From NCBI GenBank assembly GCA_041671225.1, contig JBAZBY010000001.1:30338-94337 (forward strand): a stretch of 64,000 nt of DNA, in the 5' to 3' direction. The notes beneath the pieces are model-generated. The model saw only the letters and a program-made list of their open reading frames with translations. It was not told where the DNA came from and searched no databases. This DNA is from Patescibacteria group bacterium (GTDB lineage: Bacteria > Patescibacteriota > Patescibacteriia > JBAZBY01). Position 1 is the first letter of the stretch. Each line of letters opens with the position of its first letter. Of the stretch, positions 9,731 to 21,727 are shown piece by piece. The position numbers were made by a program, and so were the translations under genes.

Positions 9731-10189
9731 TCAGAGAAGTCCGGGGAACGCACTCCGCGCCTCCGCACACCAGCGCGTCACGAGTGACGCATCGGCGGCA
9801 GGATACTGATCCTTGCCACCGGCAAGCGCGAAGATGCGGCTTCCGCGCAGTTCCTTCGGGACGTCGGGCGTCACCGGAATGACGTGCCAGTGCACGTGGT
9901 GGAAGCCCTTGGCGGCGTTGAGAGACAGCACATACTGGCTCTCGCAGCTAAACACGTACTCCTTCACCAGCCGAACCGCGGCCGGGAGCAGCACACCGAA
10001 CTCCGCCCATTCCGGCGGCGTCAACTCGGCAATGGTCTCCTTGTGCTCCTTGAGCACGAGAACGACCCAACCGACGAGAGCCACTGGATAGGCGTGTTCC
10101 AACGCCCAGTGCTTGCCCGTGTAAATGGGCGGCCCGGGCGAGATACGATCCTCACCTGAAATCGACTTGCACGAACGACACGCGTCCAT
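9731..10189 (-). CDS. HIT (histidine triad) family hydrolase
   Basis: Histidine triad HHVHWHVIP. GGGAGG Shine-Dalgarno 6 nt upstream of the ATG. Confidence 0.8.
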   Translation of the reverse strand: MDACRSCKSISGEDRISPGPPIYTGKHWALEHAYPVALVGWVVLVLKEHKETIAELTPPEWAEFGVLLPAAVRLVKEYVFSCESQYVLSLNAAKGFHHVHWHVIPVTPDVPKELRGSRIFALAGGKDQYPAADASLVTRWCAEARSAFPGLL

Positions 10190-10320
10190 GCGGTACCTCC
10201 CTTGAAAGAGCCTACGGCTTTCCGGCCGCCCGGGTCGGTCCTTCCTGTATCAAAAACCAACAGCGCAATCTATCAGAAAAACGGTCGCCTGTCAATGAGA
10301 CAGCTCAAAGAACCCCCATT

Positions 10321-10353
10321 TTCTAACAACAAGATTCCCGCCTTCGCGGGAAT
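10321..10353 (-). terminator. intrinsic terminator ending the atp operon
   Basis: Perfect 8-bp stem ATTCCCGC / GCGGGAAT with a CTTC loop (10334-10353), followed on the minus strand by CUUGUUGUU. Confidence 0.6.
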
Positions 10354-10383
10354 GACAGGTGAAGTGCGCGAAGCTTTACCGGC

Positions 10384-10797
10384 CTATCGCTTCTTCCGCT
10401 TCCTCGCCACCCTGAGCCGCGCCATATGCTTCTGAAGGTCAAGCTGTGCCGCAATATAGCGCTCTTCTGATTCCACTTCCTTGCTCATCACTTCTTCTGC
10501 GCGCTTCCGTGCTTCTTCTGCTTTTGCTTCGTCAATCTCATCCGCATGCTCTGCGGCATCTGCCAGCACCGTGACACCTTGTTCAGACACCTCAATGAAC
10601 CCGCCGGCAACGGCATAGAGTTCTTCTTTACCGTTGCGGATAACGCGCATCTCGCCAGGCCGCAAAAGCGAAACTAGCGGAATGTGGTGCGGCAATATGG
10701 TGATCTCGCCCATTTCCGTAGGCAAAGAAACCTGCTCAATCTCTTCCGAGAGGAGCGTTCTTTCTGGCGTGGTGATGGTGAATTTGAATGTTTTCAT
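10384..10797 (-). CDS. atpC: F1 ATP synthase epsilon subunit
   Basis: 137 aa; ITILPHHIPLVSLLRPGEMRV is typical of epsilon. Last gene of the atp cluster. Confidence 0.9.
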   Translation of the reverse strand: MKTFKFTITTPERTLLSEEIEQVSLPTEMGEITILPHHIPLVSLLRPGEMRVIRNGKEELYAVAGGFIEVSEQGVTVLADAAEHADEIDEAKAEEARKRAEEVMSKEVESEERYIAAQLDLQKHMARLRVARKRKKR

Positions 10798-11225
10798 TCG
10801 TGCTTTTGTGATGTGAGGAAAATATTGGAACAGGCTGATCCCTCTGCTGCAGACTTCTCAATCTCTGATGTATCATCTGTCCATTTCAGTTCCGTGTACT
10901 GTGTCATTCCGAGAACATCCTGCGGAACAGTGGGTTGGCCTTCGATAATCTTTACTTCGTAATCCCGTAACGTGAGCTCATATTCCCCGCGATCCTTTGT
11001 CTCCTCACCGAGGAGCTTTAGAATCTCAACCTCCACGCCGAGCTTCTCTTTTGCAGCGCGTGCAACAGTGGCTTCCCACGGCTCATCCTCCGTCTTCTTG
11101 GTTGCTGCCGGGAATCCCCAGTAACCAGGGAAACGATCGTCATCCATTGGTCGCTTCACCAACAGAAACTGTGTCCGTTCCAGATTGTAAATGACAAGTG
11201 CCGCTGAATGCTTCTGCGGTTTCAT
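10794..11225 (-). CDS. Nudix-fold-like protein with degenerate Nudix box, embedded in the atp operon
   Basis: 143 aa. Box-like segment GFPAATKKTEDEPWEATVARAAKEKLG has REUxEE replaced by RAAKEK. There is a 4-nt ATGA overlap with the atpC start. Confidence 0.6.
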   Translation of the reverse strand: MKPQKHSAALVIYNLERTQFLLVKRPMDDDRFPGYWGFPAATKKTEDEPWEATVARAAKEKLGVEVEILKLLGEETKDRGEYELTLRDYEVKIIEGQPTVPQDVLGMTQYTELKWTDDTSEIEKSAAEGSACSNIFLTSQKHE

Positions 11226-11232
11226 TCGCCGT

Positions 11233-13525
<2,293 letters not shown>

Positions 13526-13533
13526 GGGGAATG

Positions 13534-15039
13534 TTACGCTCGGGTCTTCCCGAAGTCTTCAATAATCTTTTTGATCTTTGCTTCAAGCTCCTCAGTGAGT
13601 TCACCGGACGTATTCAATGCGGTCACCCAATCACGCTCGCTTGCGAGCATGTATTGCTCAAATGATTCCTTCCATGCGTTGATGTCATCCACCTTGATCT
13701 CATCAAGAAAGCCGTTGATTCCTGCGTAGATCACCGCGACCTGTACGGCAACGTCCATCGGGCGGTACTGCGGCTGCTTCAAGAGTTCTGACATGCGCTT
13801 CCCGCGTTCGATCTGCGTGCGGGTTGCTTCATCAAGATCGCTCCCGAACTGCGCGAATGCGGCCAAGTCGCGGTACTGGGAAAGGTCCAAGCGGAGTTTG
13901 CCCGCGACCTTCTTCATGGCCTTGATCTGCGCGCTGGAGCCCACGCGTGAAACAGAGAGTCCAACATTCAAGGCTGGACGCTGACCCTGGTTGAAGAGGT
14001 CTGCTTCCAAGAAGATCTGCCCGTCCGTAATGGAGATAACGTTTGTTGGAATGTACGCAGAGATGTCACCAGCCTGCGTCTCGATCACCGGCAATGCCGT
14101 GAGAGAACCGCCGCCGTTGGCGTCGCTCATCTTTGCTGCGCGTTCCAGCAGGCGTGAGTGAAGATAAAAAATGTCTCCAGGGTATGCTTCGCGGCCTGGC
14201 GGACGCTTGAGTAAGAGCGAAACCTGACGATATGCCCATGCGTGCTTTGAAAGGTCATCATAAATCAGCAAGGAATGCTTGCCCGCATCGCGGAAAAATT
14301 CACCCATCGCGCAACCTGCGTATGGAGCGATGAACGAAAGCGCTGCTGGGTCAGACGCGCCAGCAACCACCACAATGGTGTGCTCCATGGCGCCGTTCTT
14401 CTCCAGTTCAGCAACGATCTTTGCAACCTTACTTTCTTTTTGCCCAATGGCAACATAAATACAGATAAGGTCTTTGCCTTTCTGGTTGATAATCGTATCG
14501 ATGGCGATAGCGGTCTTCCCTGTCTGGCGGTCGCCGATGATGAGTTCGCGCTGACCGCGGCCGATCGGGATCATCGCATCAATAGCGACGATGCCGGTCT
14601 GTACCGGCTCTTTCACGCCTTGACGCTCGATAACGCCAGGGGCGATTTTTTCGACAGGAGAAAACGTCTTCGTATGTAAAGGACCCTTGCCATCAATCGG
14701 TTCTCCAAGCGGGCTGACCACGCGGCCCACGAGCTCTTCTCCAACCGGCACCTGGAGAATATTACCTGTGGCTTCCACTTCGTCGCCTTCTTGAATACCT
14801 TTGTCTGCGCCAAGAATCATGGCACCAATGGAGTCATCCTCCAGGTTCAATACCACGCCGAACACGCCGTTCGGAAACTTCACCATTTCTTGTGAGCGCA
14901 CCTGAGAAAGCCCAGAGATACGCGCGACACCGTCCCCGATCTCCATCACGCGACCAACATGCTTCTCCGTTGTATCTTTTGTGAAGCCTTCAAGTCGTTT
15001 TTTGAGATCTTGGACGAATGTTTCTGATTGTTCTGCCAT
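13534..15039 (-). CDS. atpA: F1 ATP synthase alpha subunit
   Basis: [10 protein letters not shown]-loop; 501 aa. Confidence 0.97.
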   Translation of the reverse strand: MAEQSETFVQDLKKRLEGFTKDTTEKHVGRVMEIGDGVARISGLSQVRSQEMVKFPNGVFGVVLNLEDDSIGAMILGADKGIQEGDEVEATGNILQVPVGEELVGRVVSPLGEPIDGKGPLHTKTFSPVEKIAPGVIERQGVKEPVQTGIVAIDAMIPIGRGQRELIIGDRQTGKTAIAIDTIINQKGKDLICIYVAIGQKESKVAKIVAELEKNGAMEHTIVVVAGASDPAALSFIAPYAGCAMGEFFRDAGKHSLLIYDDLSKHAWAYRQVSLLLKRPPGREAYPGDIFYLHSRLLERAAKMSDANGGGSLTALPVIETQAGDISAYIPTNVISITDGQIFLEADLFNQGQRPALNVGLSVSRVGSSAQIKAMKKVAGKLRLDLSQYRDLAAFAQFGSDLDEATRTQIERGKRMSELLKQPQYRPMDVAVQVAVIYAGINGFLDEIKVDDINAWKESFEQYMLASERDWVTALNTSGELTEELEAKIKKIIEDFGKTRA

Positions 15040-15049
15040 AGTTGCCGGT

Positions 15050-15445
15050 TTACTTCGTAAGTGTTTCCTGAATCTGCTTCAGGGTTTCGCGCGCAGTTGC
15101 GTTCACGCTTGTATCTGCGTAGCGGAGTTTTGCGCCTCCGAGGACTGCTGCATCAACATCCACGGTCAGCGCAATTTTTTTGCCAAGGGTATCTGCAAGC
15201 TCTTTTTTGATATGGGTCTCTGCGCTTTCAGAAAGATGTTTACCTGTGCTCATGCGCACGCGGATCACGCCATGCGCTTCATCATCCAACTTTTGCATCT
15301 TTTCAAGAATGCGCGGGAGCTCACGCATCTTGCGCGCTTTACGGAGCTCCGCTACAAAATGCGTGAGTACGGCGCCTTCTTCCGCTTTTTTTTCTTTAAG
15401 GGCGGCGTAGAGTGCTGTCGCGTACTGTGCATTCGTATACTTCAT
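15050..15445 (-). CDS. atpH: ATP synthase delta (OSCP) subunit, short form
   Basis: Position between atpF and atpA. 131 aa with an OSCP-like C-terminus. Confidence 0.75.
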   Translation of the reverse strand: MKYTNAQYATALYAALKEKKAEEGAVLTHFVAELRKARKMRELPRILEKMQKLDDEAHGVIRVRMSTGKHLSESAETHIKKELADTLGKKIALTVDVDAAVLGGAKLRYADTSVNATARETLKQIQETLTK

Positions 15446-15447
15446 AC

Positions 15448-15947
15448 CTATTTCTTTGCCAATGCTTCGAGCGTGTGCTCAATGAGCTTGGCGTTCTCTT
15501 TCTCGTCTACTTCATGTTCCAGCACCTTGCTCGCACACGCGATGACAAGAGCGGATATCTCTTCACGTGCCTGCGCAAGCATTTGGTCGCGCGCTGCGTT
15601 GATCTGCTCATGCGCGTCTGAAACGATCTTTTCGACGTCCTTGCGCGCCTGCGCGGTCATTTCTTCCTGCAGCTTCTTGCCCTGTTCAGTTGCCTTCACA
15701 ATAAGCGCCTGGGCTTCTGTTCGCGTTTCTGCGAGAAGCTGCTCCCGCTGCTGCTGGCTCTGCGCGAGATTCTTTTCTACCTGCTCCGCATTTTTTTCTG
15801 CCTGAACAATGCGGTCCTTGCGCTTATGCAACGCTTCGAGAATCGGACCGTACGCGAACTTCTTCAAAATCAAAAGGAGAATGAAGAAGTTCACTATTTG
15901 CGCCAGCAAGAGGCGCCAGTCCAGCCCAAGTTGTTCAATGAGTTCCA

Positions 15948-15948
<1 letters not shown>
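15448..15948 (-). CDS. atpF: ATP synthase Fo subunit b
   Basis: Single N-terminal TM helix followed by a long charged helix. Operon position. Confidence 0.85.
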
Positions 15949-16199
<251 letters not shown>

Positions 16200-16216
16200 T
16201 TAACTGATAAGTGAAA

Positions 16217-16960
16217 TTAATGAGCCTCTGCCAGCGTTGCAACCTTGAAAAACACGAGGGTCAGAAGGGCAAAGACAAATGCCTGAATGAATCCAACGAA
16301 CAATTCCAAAAAGAAGAAAGGAAGCGGTGCGATGTATGGCACCAAAAACGCGACCACCACGAGCAGGACTTCTCCGGCAAAAACGTTGCCAAACAACCGG
16401 AACGAGAATGAGATGAACTTTGCGAATTCAGAAATGAGTTCCAGGATGCCGACAAAGGTGTTGACCGGATTCTTGCTTGGGTTAAAGAACTTCTTCGCAT
16501 ACTTCCAACCACCAACGGCCATAATGCCCACAACCTGCGTTGCAAGGACTGCAACAATGGCGAGTGCGAGCGTGGTATTCAAATCCGCGTTGATGGGACG
16601 GAAGATAGGAACAAAAACATGTTCACCATGCTCCACCACCTCCAGACCAATAGTACCAATACCCGGCAGTAAACCAAAATAGTTGCCGAAGAGTATGAAG
16701 AAGAAGAGTGTTGCGACGATCGGGAAGAACTGCTCGCTCTGCTTGCGGCTGCCGGTGACTGAATCAGCGATCGAAAGCATGCCCTCAAAAAAGGCTTCGG
16801 TGACATTTTGAATACCTGTTGGGATCGTGGCCATGCCGCGCTTGATAAGGAAGGCGACCACAATCAAGATGACCACAACGATCCAACTCGTAAAAAGAGC
16901 ATTCGTGACGTGTACTCCGAAGATCGTGAAGAGTTCTTCTGCTGCGAGTGATATATGCAA
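16217..16960 (-). CDS. atpB: ATP synthase Fo subunit a
   Basis: SFRLFGN arginine motif and multi-TM protein. Starts with TTG. The ORF-track coordinates appear to be offset by 1 nt here in my hand count. Confidence 0.9.
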   Translation of the reverse strand: MHISLAAEELFTIFGVHVTNALFTSWIVVVILIVVAFLIKRGMATIPTGIQNVTEAFFEGMLSIADSVTGSRKQSEQFFPIVATLFFFILFGNYFGLLPGIGTIGLEVVEHGEHVFVPIFRPINADLNTTLALAIVAVLATQVVGIMAVGGWKYAKKFFNPSKNPVNTFVGILELISEFAKFISFSFRLFGNVFAGEVLLVVVAFLVPYIAPLPFFFLELFVGFIQAFVFALLTLVFFKVATLAEAH

Positions 16961-16992
16961 GGTCTGTGTGTTAGAGAGTTAGAGATGTTTGA

Positions 16993-17262
16993 TTATTTTT
17001 TTTCTCCATCGCCCCTTTTATCTTTCTCTGAATCCTGATTCGATGTCACATCCTTCATCAACTTGAATGCCTTCCAAACAACAAGGATGGAGCTTACCAC
17101 CATGGAAACAACAATGCCGGTAATGAGGAGCCATGGATGCGTATCAAAACGATTGTCCAAAACTCTGCCGAGCAAGGCCAACGCCACTAATGGTACAGAA
17201 ATCGTGAACCCGAGTTGCATGGCCATCTGGAATGCCGAAAGCTGTTGTTCTCTTTCATTCAT
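16993..17262 (-). CDS. atpI: AtpZ/AtpI-family small membrane protein
   Basis: 89 aa with two TM helices, located directly upstream of atpB. Confidence 0.7.
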   Translation of the reverse strand: MNEREQQLSAFQMAMQLGFTISVPLVALALLGRVLDNRFDTHPWLLITGIVVSMVVSSILVVWKAFKLMKDVTSNQDSEKDKRGDGEKK

Positions 17263-17439
17263 ATGCGTCTGCCGTATCCCATGTATTCTATCAGAAAATA
17301 GCGTGTTCCATTTTTGGAGCGGCTACATACTAGGCTCTTTTAAGAAAAAAAGCAAGGGTGGTGGTTTTCAAAAGGGGTATCATGGATAATCAGACGAAAA
17401 ATGGGCTTTTTAGGCAATATTTTGTAGCAAACATATAAA

Positions 17440-18340
17440 CCTATGCATTTCCCAGTGGAAAACCAAGGTTTGCATATTTTTATTGCGAGAGGTAGGCTCC
17501 AAGCTAGTTCACGGCTCACTTCCCGCTTGTGGGGAAGGAAGGCCCCTGCGCACCTGGAAATGCGCTTGTATCGGCCAAAGGCTGGCGTTCTCTATGGAGG
17601 AATCCTCTATGAACGCTCTCAGCATCACCATGAAGAAGACGGAGGCCAACAAGGCGTGACCCGACAAGCAGGACTACCCGCATGGACGGGACTGTTAACC
17701 CCGTAATCCACGCACACCGCCCACTTCTCCTGCGAAGGTCGCAGGGAACGAAGGCACCGTGCGTCATATACGTACGGAAATCAACTGCGTCTGCGTGTGA
17801 CTGCAACCGCCGGCCACCCCGCGTGGAAGACGGGTCGTAGGACATACATACCATGGCGAGGCAGAACGTTCGTTAGACACCGCGGACAACCCTAGCCGGT
17901 CCGGGGGTTCCGTTGCGGGAATCCCTGTAAAGGCTCTTACGAGAGCTGACCGCGGCCACATGGCCAATGCCACATCCGTGGCAGGAGGGCGCATGGTCTT
18001 CTTCCTCGATCTGCTAGTGCCGGACCTCTCCGGCACATCGACGATCGCGGTGGAACCATCGTTTCACCGGAAATTCCCCTCTTACCGTCGGCGGACGTAA
18101 AGACGCAAACGTCGGCGGACGTACAAACACGCATGCTCCTAGTCCCATTTGGTGGGCACTCCACTGATGCATCACACGCTACCGGTATTCCCGGTCTATC
18201 CTCCGCGTGCTGACACGCATCCTGGAAACCCACAACAACGGGGCGCGCCGGTAAACGGCAGGCAAGGCTCCGCAGGAGAACCCACGATCTCATTCGATTG
18301 ACAGTAAGCGGCCTACGAGATCACTCCTGCGGAGCCGCTT
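17440..18340. other. GC-rich non-coding block with structured-RNA-like features (identity unresolved)
   Basis: No credible ORF on either strand; only Arg/Pro/Cys-rich wrong-frame ORFs. Contains a 13-bp perfect long-range stem (GGCTCCGCAGGAG / CTCCTGCGGAGCC), several local hairpins and a tandem near-palindromic repeat at 18088-18134. Confidence 0.4.
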
Positions 18341-18373
18341 TACTATTGGGCTTTTCTCTCTACAACCTTCTTC

Positions 18374-20203
18374 TCACTCCCACTCTATCGTGCCCGGCGG
18401 CTTGTCCGTAATATCGTAGAAAATCCCGGCAATGGGCAGTGACGCTGCCTCAATTGTCTGTACGAGCTCTTCTGCCATTTTCTGCGTGAGCTTGAATGGC
18501 GTGACCGTCATTGCCTCGCGTGACACCACAGGGCGAATCACCACACTCGGACGTAAGCCAAACCCAAAAGGAATAAGTACGACCGGCGTCTGCCAAATCT
18601 CTGCGGCAACGCCATTGGTGATAAAAAAATCTTGCACAATCGCATCCACGTTGCGCAACAAATCCAAACGCTCTTCACTCACATCCAATGATACCGGCTC
18701 GCCTTTTTCCAACACACCGCTCTGTGGATTCAATAAAACAACTACGCGATTGATTGCTTTGAAAGAGGTAAGGAGTTTGCGCGAGACAGCGCGTAATGGT
18801 TCCCAATCGATCATTGTGGAAATCGCAAGCGGATGCGCATACGTGCGCTGATCCCCTTGCACGCCCACGCTTTGCACGGGAAGGATCGCAAACTGTGCAT
18901 TCTCTGTAAAAAACGCGTCAATATCTTTTGCGGTAATACGCATGCGCTCCTCAAGATCGCGGAGTGGCTTTGCTTGTTGCGTGATAATGCGGATGGCAAG
19001 TCCCGGTCCTGGGAATGGTTGGCGGTGAATGAGCTCATCTGGAAGCCCAAGCCGTTCGCCGAGTTCACGCACTTCGTCTTTATACAAATCAACAACTGGC
19101 TCAATAAGCTCTTTGTTTGCGATCATCTCTTGCGCTTCTCCCACGCGATTGTGATGGGTCTTGATCACCTCAGCCTGCTGCGTGCCACCGGATTCTATGG
19201 TGTCCGGATAAATGGTGCCCTGTGCCAAAACCCACTCCGGCGCAACATAACCGCGTTCTGTACGGATACGCTCTGCAACATCCAAAAACATCTTGCCAAT
19301 GCGTTTTCTTTTCTCTTCCGGGTCATGAATACCGCGCACCGCGTCGACAAAATCTTTCTGCGCATCAATGATCTCAATATTGTCATAACCCATTTCCTTA
19401 AACTGCCCGGCGATCTCTTCCACTTCATTCAGCCGCATGAAGCCAGTATCAATAAACAGACCGCGGACGCGCTCTTTGCCGAGCACGCGGGTGAGAAAGG
19501 CAAATGCCACCGTGGAATCCACTCCACCAGAAACAAGAAGAAACACCTTGCGCTCACCCACTTCCGCCTTCACCTTTTCTGTCAGAATATGTTCGCGCTC
19601 TGCTGCGTTCCAGCTGGGTTGGGCTCCGCAAATACCAAACACAAAATTCTGCAGCATGTGCATACCGTGTTCCGTATGCGTCACTTCCGGGTGGAACTGC
19701 AGACCATAGATCTGCTCCGCAAAATTCTCCATGACGGCAACAGGGCATGTTGGGGTATGTGCAAGCACGCGGAATCCGTCTGGCACGCGTTCAACAGAAT
19801 CACCGTGACTCATCCAAACAATCTCCTCCGCATCTAAGCCCTCAAGCAACGGTGATGTTTTTCTGCTGTCTAGTGAAAGCGCAAGTGCGGCCTCGCCATA
19901 TTCCCGTTCCTTACTTTGATGAAGCTTGCCGCCAAAATGCTGCGCAAGGAGCTGATGACCAAAACACAGTCCAAGTATCGGGATAGCGAGCGTATATATC
20001 TTTTCATCAGGGCGAAGGTTGCTCTCCGCGACGCTTTGCGGACCACCAGAAAGAATGATCCCTTTTGCGGTTTTGAGATCCGTTGCGGAAACGTCATGCG
20101 GAAGGATTTCTGAATACACCCCAAGCTCTCGCACGCGGCGTGCAATGAGATGTGTATATTGTGAGCCAAAATCCAGAATGGCAATCCAATCGCGTTGTTG
20201 CAT
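18374..20203 (-). CDS. guaA: GMP synthase (glutamine-hydrolysing)
   Basis: N-terminal GATase (ILDFGSQYTHLIARRVRE, LGLCFGHQ) followed by ATP-pyrophosphatase (LLVSGGVDSTV) and a dimerisation domain. The ORF track extends the start to a GTG at 20290 that overlaps guaB; the ATG about 29 codons in (MQQRDW) is the conserved start. Confidence 0.93.
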   Translation of the reverse strand: MQQRDWIAILDFGSQYTHLIARRVRELGVYSEILPHDVSATDLKTAKGIILSGGPQSVAESNLRPDEKIYTLAIPILGLCFGHQLLAQHFGGKLHQSKEREYGEAALALSLDSRKTSPLLEGLDAEEIVWMSHGDSVERVPDGFRVLAHTPTCPVAVMENFAEQIYGLQFHPEVTHTEHGMHMLQNFVFGICGAQPSWNAAEREHILTEKVKAEVGERKVFLLVSGGVDSTVAFAFLTRVLGKERVRGLFIDTGFMRLNEVEEIAGQFKEMGYDNIEIIDAQKDFVDAVRGIHDPEEKRKRIGKMFLDVAERIRTERGYVAPEWVLAQGTIYPDTIESGGTQQAEVIKTHHNRVGEAQEMIANKELIEPVVDLYKDEVRELGERLGLPDELIHRQPFPGPGLAIRIITQQAKPLRDLEERMRITAKDIDAFFTENAQFAILPVQSVGVQGDQRTYAHPLAISTMIDWEPLRAVSRKLLTSFKAINRVVVLLNPQSGVLEKGEPVSLDVSEERLDLLRNVDAIVQDFFITNGVAAEIWQTPVVLIPFGFGLRPSVVIRPVVSREAMTVTPFKLTQKMAEELVQTIEAASLPIAGIFYDITDKPPGTIEWE

Positions 20204-20246
20204 GAATGTAGTATAGCAGGCTCTTGCACCTGCGTTCCAGTTTGCT

Positions 20247-21725
20247 ATGCTACCTTTTACTATGAAGCAACCAATGAACGAGGCTCTCACCTATGATGAC
20301 GTCCTCGTGGTGCCTGCATACTCGGAAGTCCGCCCGAAGCAGGTGGACACGAGCACGCGCCTCACTCGCAATATTATTCTGCAGGTTCCTCTTCTTTCCG
20401 CACCCATGGACACGGTGACGGAACATCGCCTTGCCATTGCCATCGCATTACACGGCGGTTTTGGATTTATCCATAAGAACATGTCTCCGGAAGCACAGGC
20501 AGAAGAAGTGCGCTTGGTGAAGCGGTATGAAAACGGCTTCATTGAAGACCCCGTGACAGTGCAACCAGAAGACAAGATTAGTGACGTAAATGAGATTCGC
20601 GAAACAAAGGGTTATAAGAAAGTACCGGTGGTGGATGCAAACGGCGTGCTTGTTGGACTTGTTACCGAGCAGGATTACTTTTTGCCGGATGATCTGGATG
20701 TACCCGTGAAGTTCAAAATGAAGCCGGTGGACGAGATCACCATTGAACACCACGGCATTGACCTCAAACAGGCAAACAGGATCATCCGTGAAAAAAAGCT
20801 TTCGGTACTCCCGATTGTTGATGGGCAAGGTCGGCTCATGGCGTTGGTGACGCGCAAAGACTTAGAGAAGAATGAGCTCTTCCCGCTTGCGACAAAAGAC
20901 GAACATAAATCACTGCGCGTCGGCGGGGCGATCTCCGTTGGTGAAGCAGCAGTTGAACGGGCAATGCTCCTTGCGGAAGCAGGGGTGGACGCATTGGTTG
21001 TGGATGTTGCACATGGCCATTCAAAAGGCGTGCTCCAGACGATTCACGTGCTTAAAAAAGAACTCCCGAACGTGGATGTGATCGGCGGCAACATTGCAAC
21101 CGTCGAAGGTGCCAAAGCTCTTATTCAGGCAGGAGCGGACGCGGTGAAGGTAGGCGTAGGTCCAGGTTCCATCTGCACGACGCGCATTGTGGCAGGCATC
21201 GGCATGCCACAGCTCACCGCAGTTATGGAAGCGGTGAAAGGCCGCAGCAAGAAGGACGTGCCGATCATCGCAGACGGCGGCATTCGCTATTCCGGAGATA
21301 TTGTGAAGGCATTGGTTGCCGGTGCAGAAACCGTTATGCTTGGCGGCTTATTTGCAGGAACCGATGAGGCTCCCGGCGATGTGGCACATGAGGACGGCAA
21401 AATGTTCAAAAGCTACCGCGGCATGGGTTCTGCAGAAGCCATGAAGGCTGGCAGCAAAGATCGCTACGGTCAAGGTGACGTGGAAGACGAAAACGATTTT
21501 ATCCCAGAAGGCGTCCCTGCTCGCGTACCATACCGCGGCCCCGTAGAGCGGCAAATGCATCAGTTGGTTGGCGGTCTCCGCGCTGGCATGGCATACATTG
21601 GCGCCGAGACAATTCCTGAGCTTGCTGTGAAGGGTGAATTCGTCCGCATCACGAGTGCGGGTATTACGGAAAGCCACCCACACTCACTCGGGGGGTTCAC
21701 CGCAACGTCAAACTACAAGGGCTAA
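20247..21725 (+). CDS. guaB: IMP dehydrogenase
   Basis: TIM-barrel IMPDH with a CBS pair insert; catalytic loop [13 protein letters not shown]. Confidence 0.95.
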   Translation: MLPFTMKQPMNEALTYDDVLVVPAYSEVRPKQVDTSTRLTRNIILQVPLLSAPMDTVTEHRLAIAIALHGGFGFIHKNMSPEAQAEEVRLVKRYENGFIEDPVTVQPEDKISDVNEIRETKGYKKVPVVDANGVLVGLVTEQDYFLPDDLDVPVKFKMKPVDEITIEHHGIDLKQANRIIREKKLSVLPIVDGQGRLMALVTRKDLEKNELFPLATKDEHKSLRVGGAISVGEAAVERAMLLAEAGVDALVVDVAHGHSKGVLQTIHVLKKELPNVDVIGGNIATVEGAKALIQAGADAVKVGVGPGSICTTRIVAGIGMPQLTAVMEAVKGRSKKDVPIIADGGIRYSGDIVKALVAGAETVMLGGLFAGTDEAPGDVAHEDGKMFKSYRGMGSAEAMKAGSKDRYGQGDVEDENDFIPEGVPARVPYRGPVERQMHQLVGGLRAGMAYIGAETIPELAVKGEFVRITSAGITESHPHSLGGFTATSNYKG

Positions 21726-21727
21726 CG

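Noticed and set aside
17880-18030. RNase P RNA (rnpB) identity for the GC-rich non-coding block.
   Set aside because: Candidate P4-like strands (GGUCCGG / CCGGACC) are only about 120 nt apart, and the invariant AAAGUCCGGGCUCC and ACAGAACCCGGCUUA motifs are not matched. Likely palindrome coincidence.
17516-18293. Three staggered minus-strand ORFs (17937..18293, 17764..18036, 17516..17854) considered as a frameshifted pseudogene.
   Set aside because: Each translation is Arg/Pro/Cys-rich with no recognisable motif, as expected for random frames in 60% GC DNA. Kept only as an alternative explanation in the finding.
18833-19837. 334-aa plus-strand ORF.
   Set aside because: It is antisense to the well-supported guaA gene, and its product is His/Cys/Leu-rich with no motif.
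20204-20290. GTG-initiated 29-codon N-terminal extension of guaA that overlaps the guaB start.
   Set aside because: Conserved GMP synthase N-termini begin just before ILDFGSQY; the extension is hydrophobic junk.
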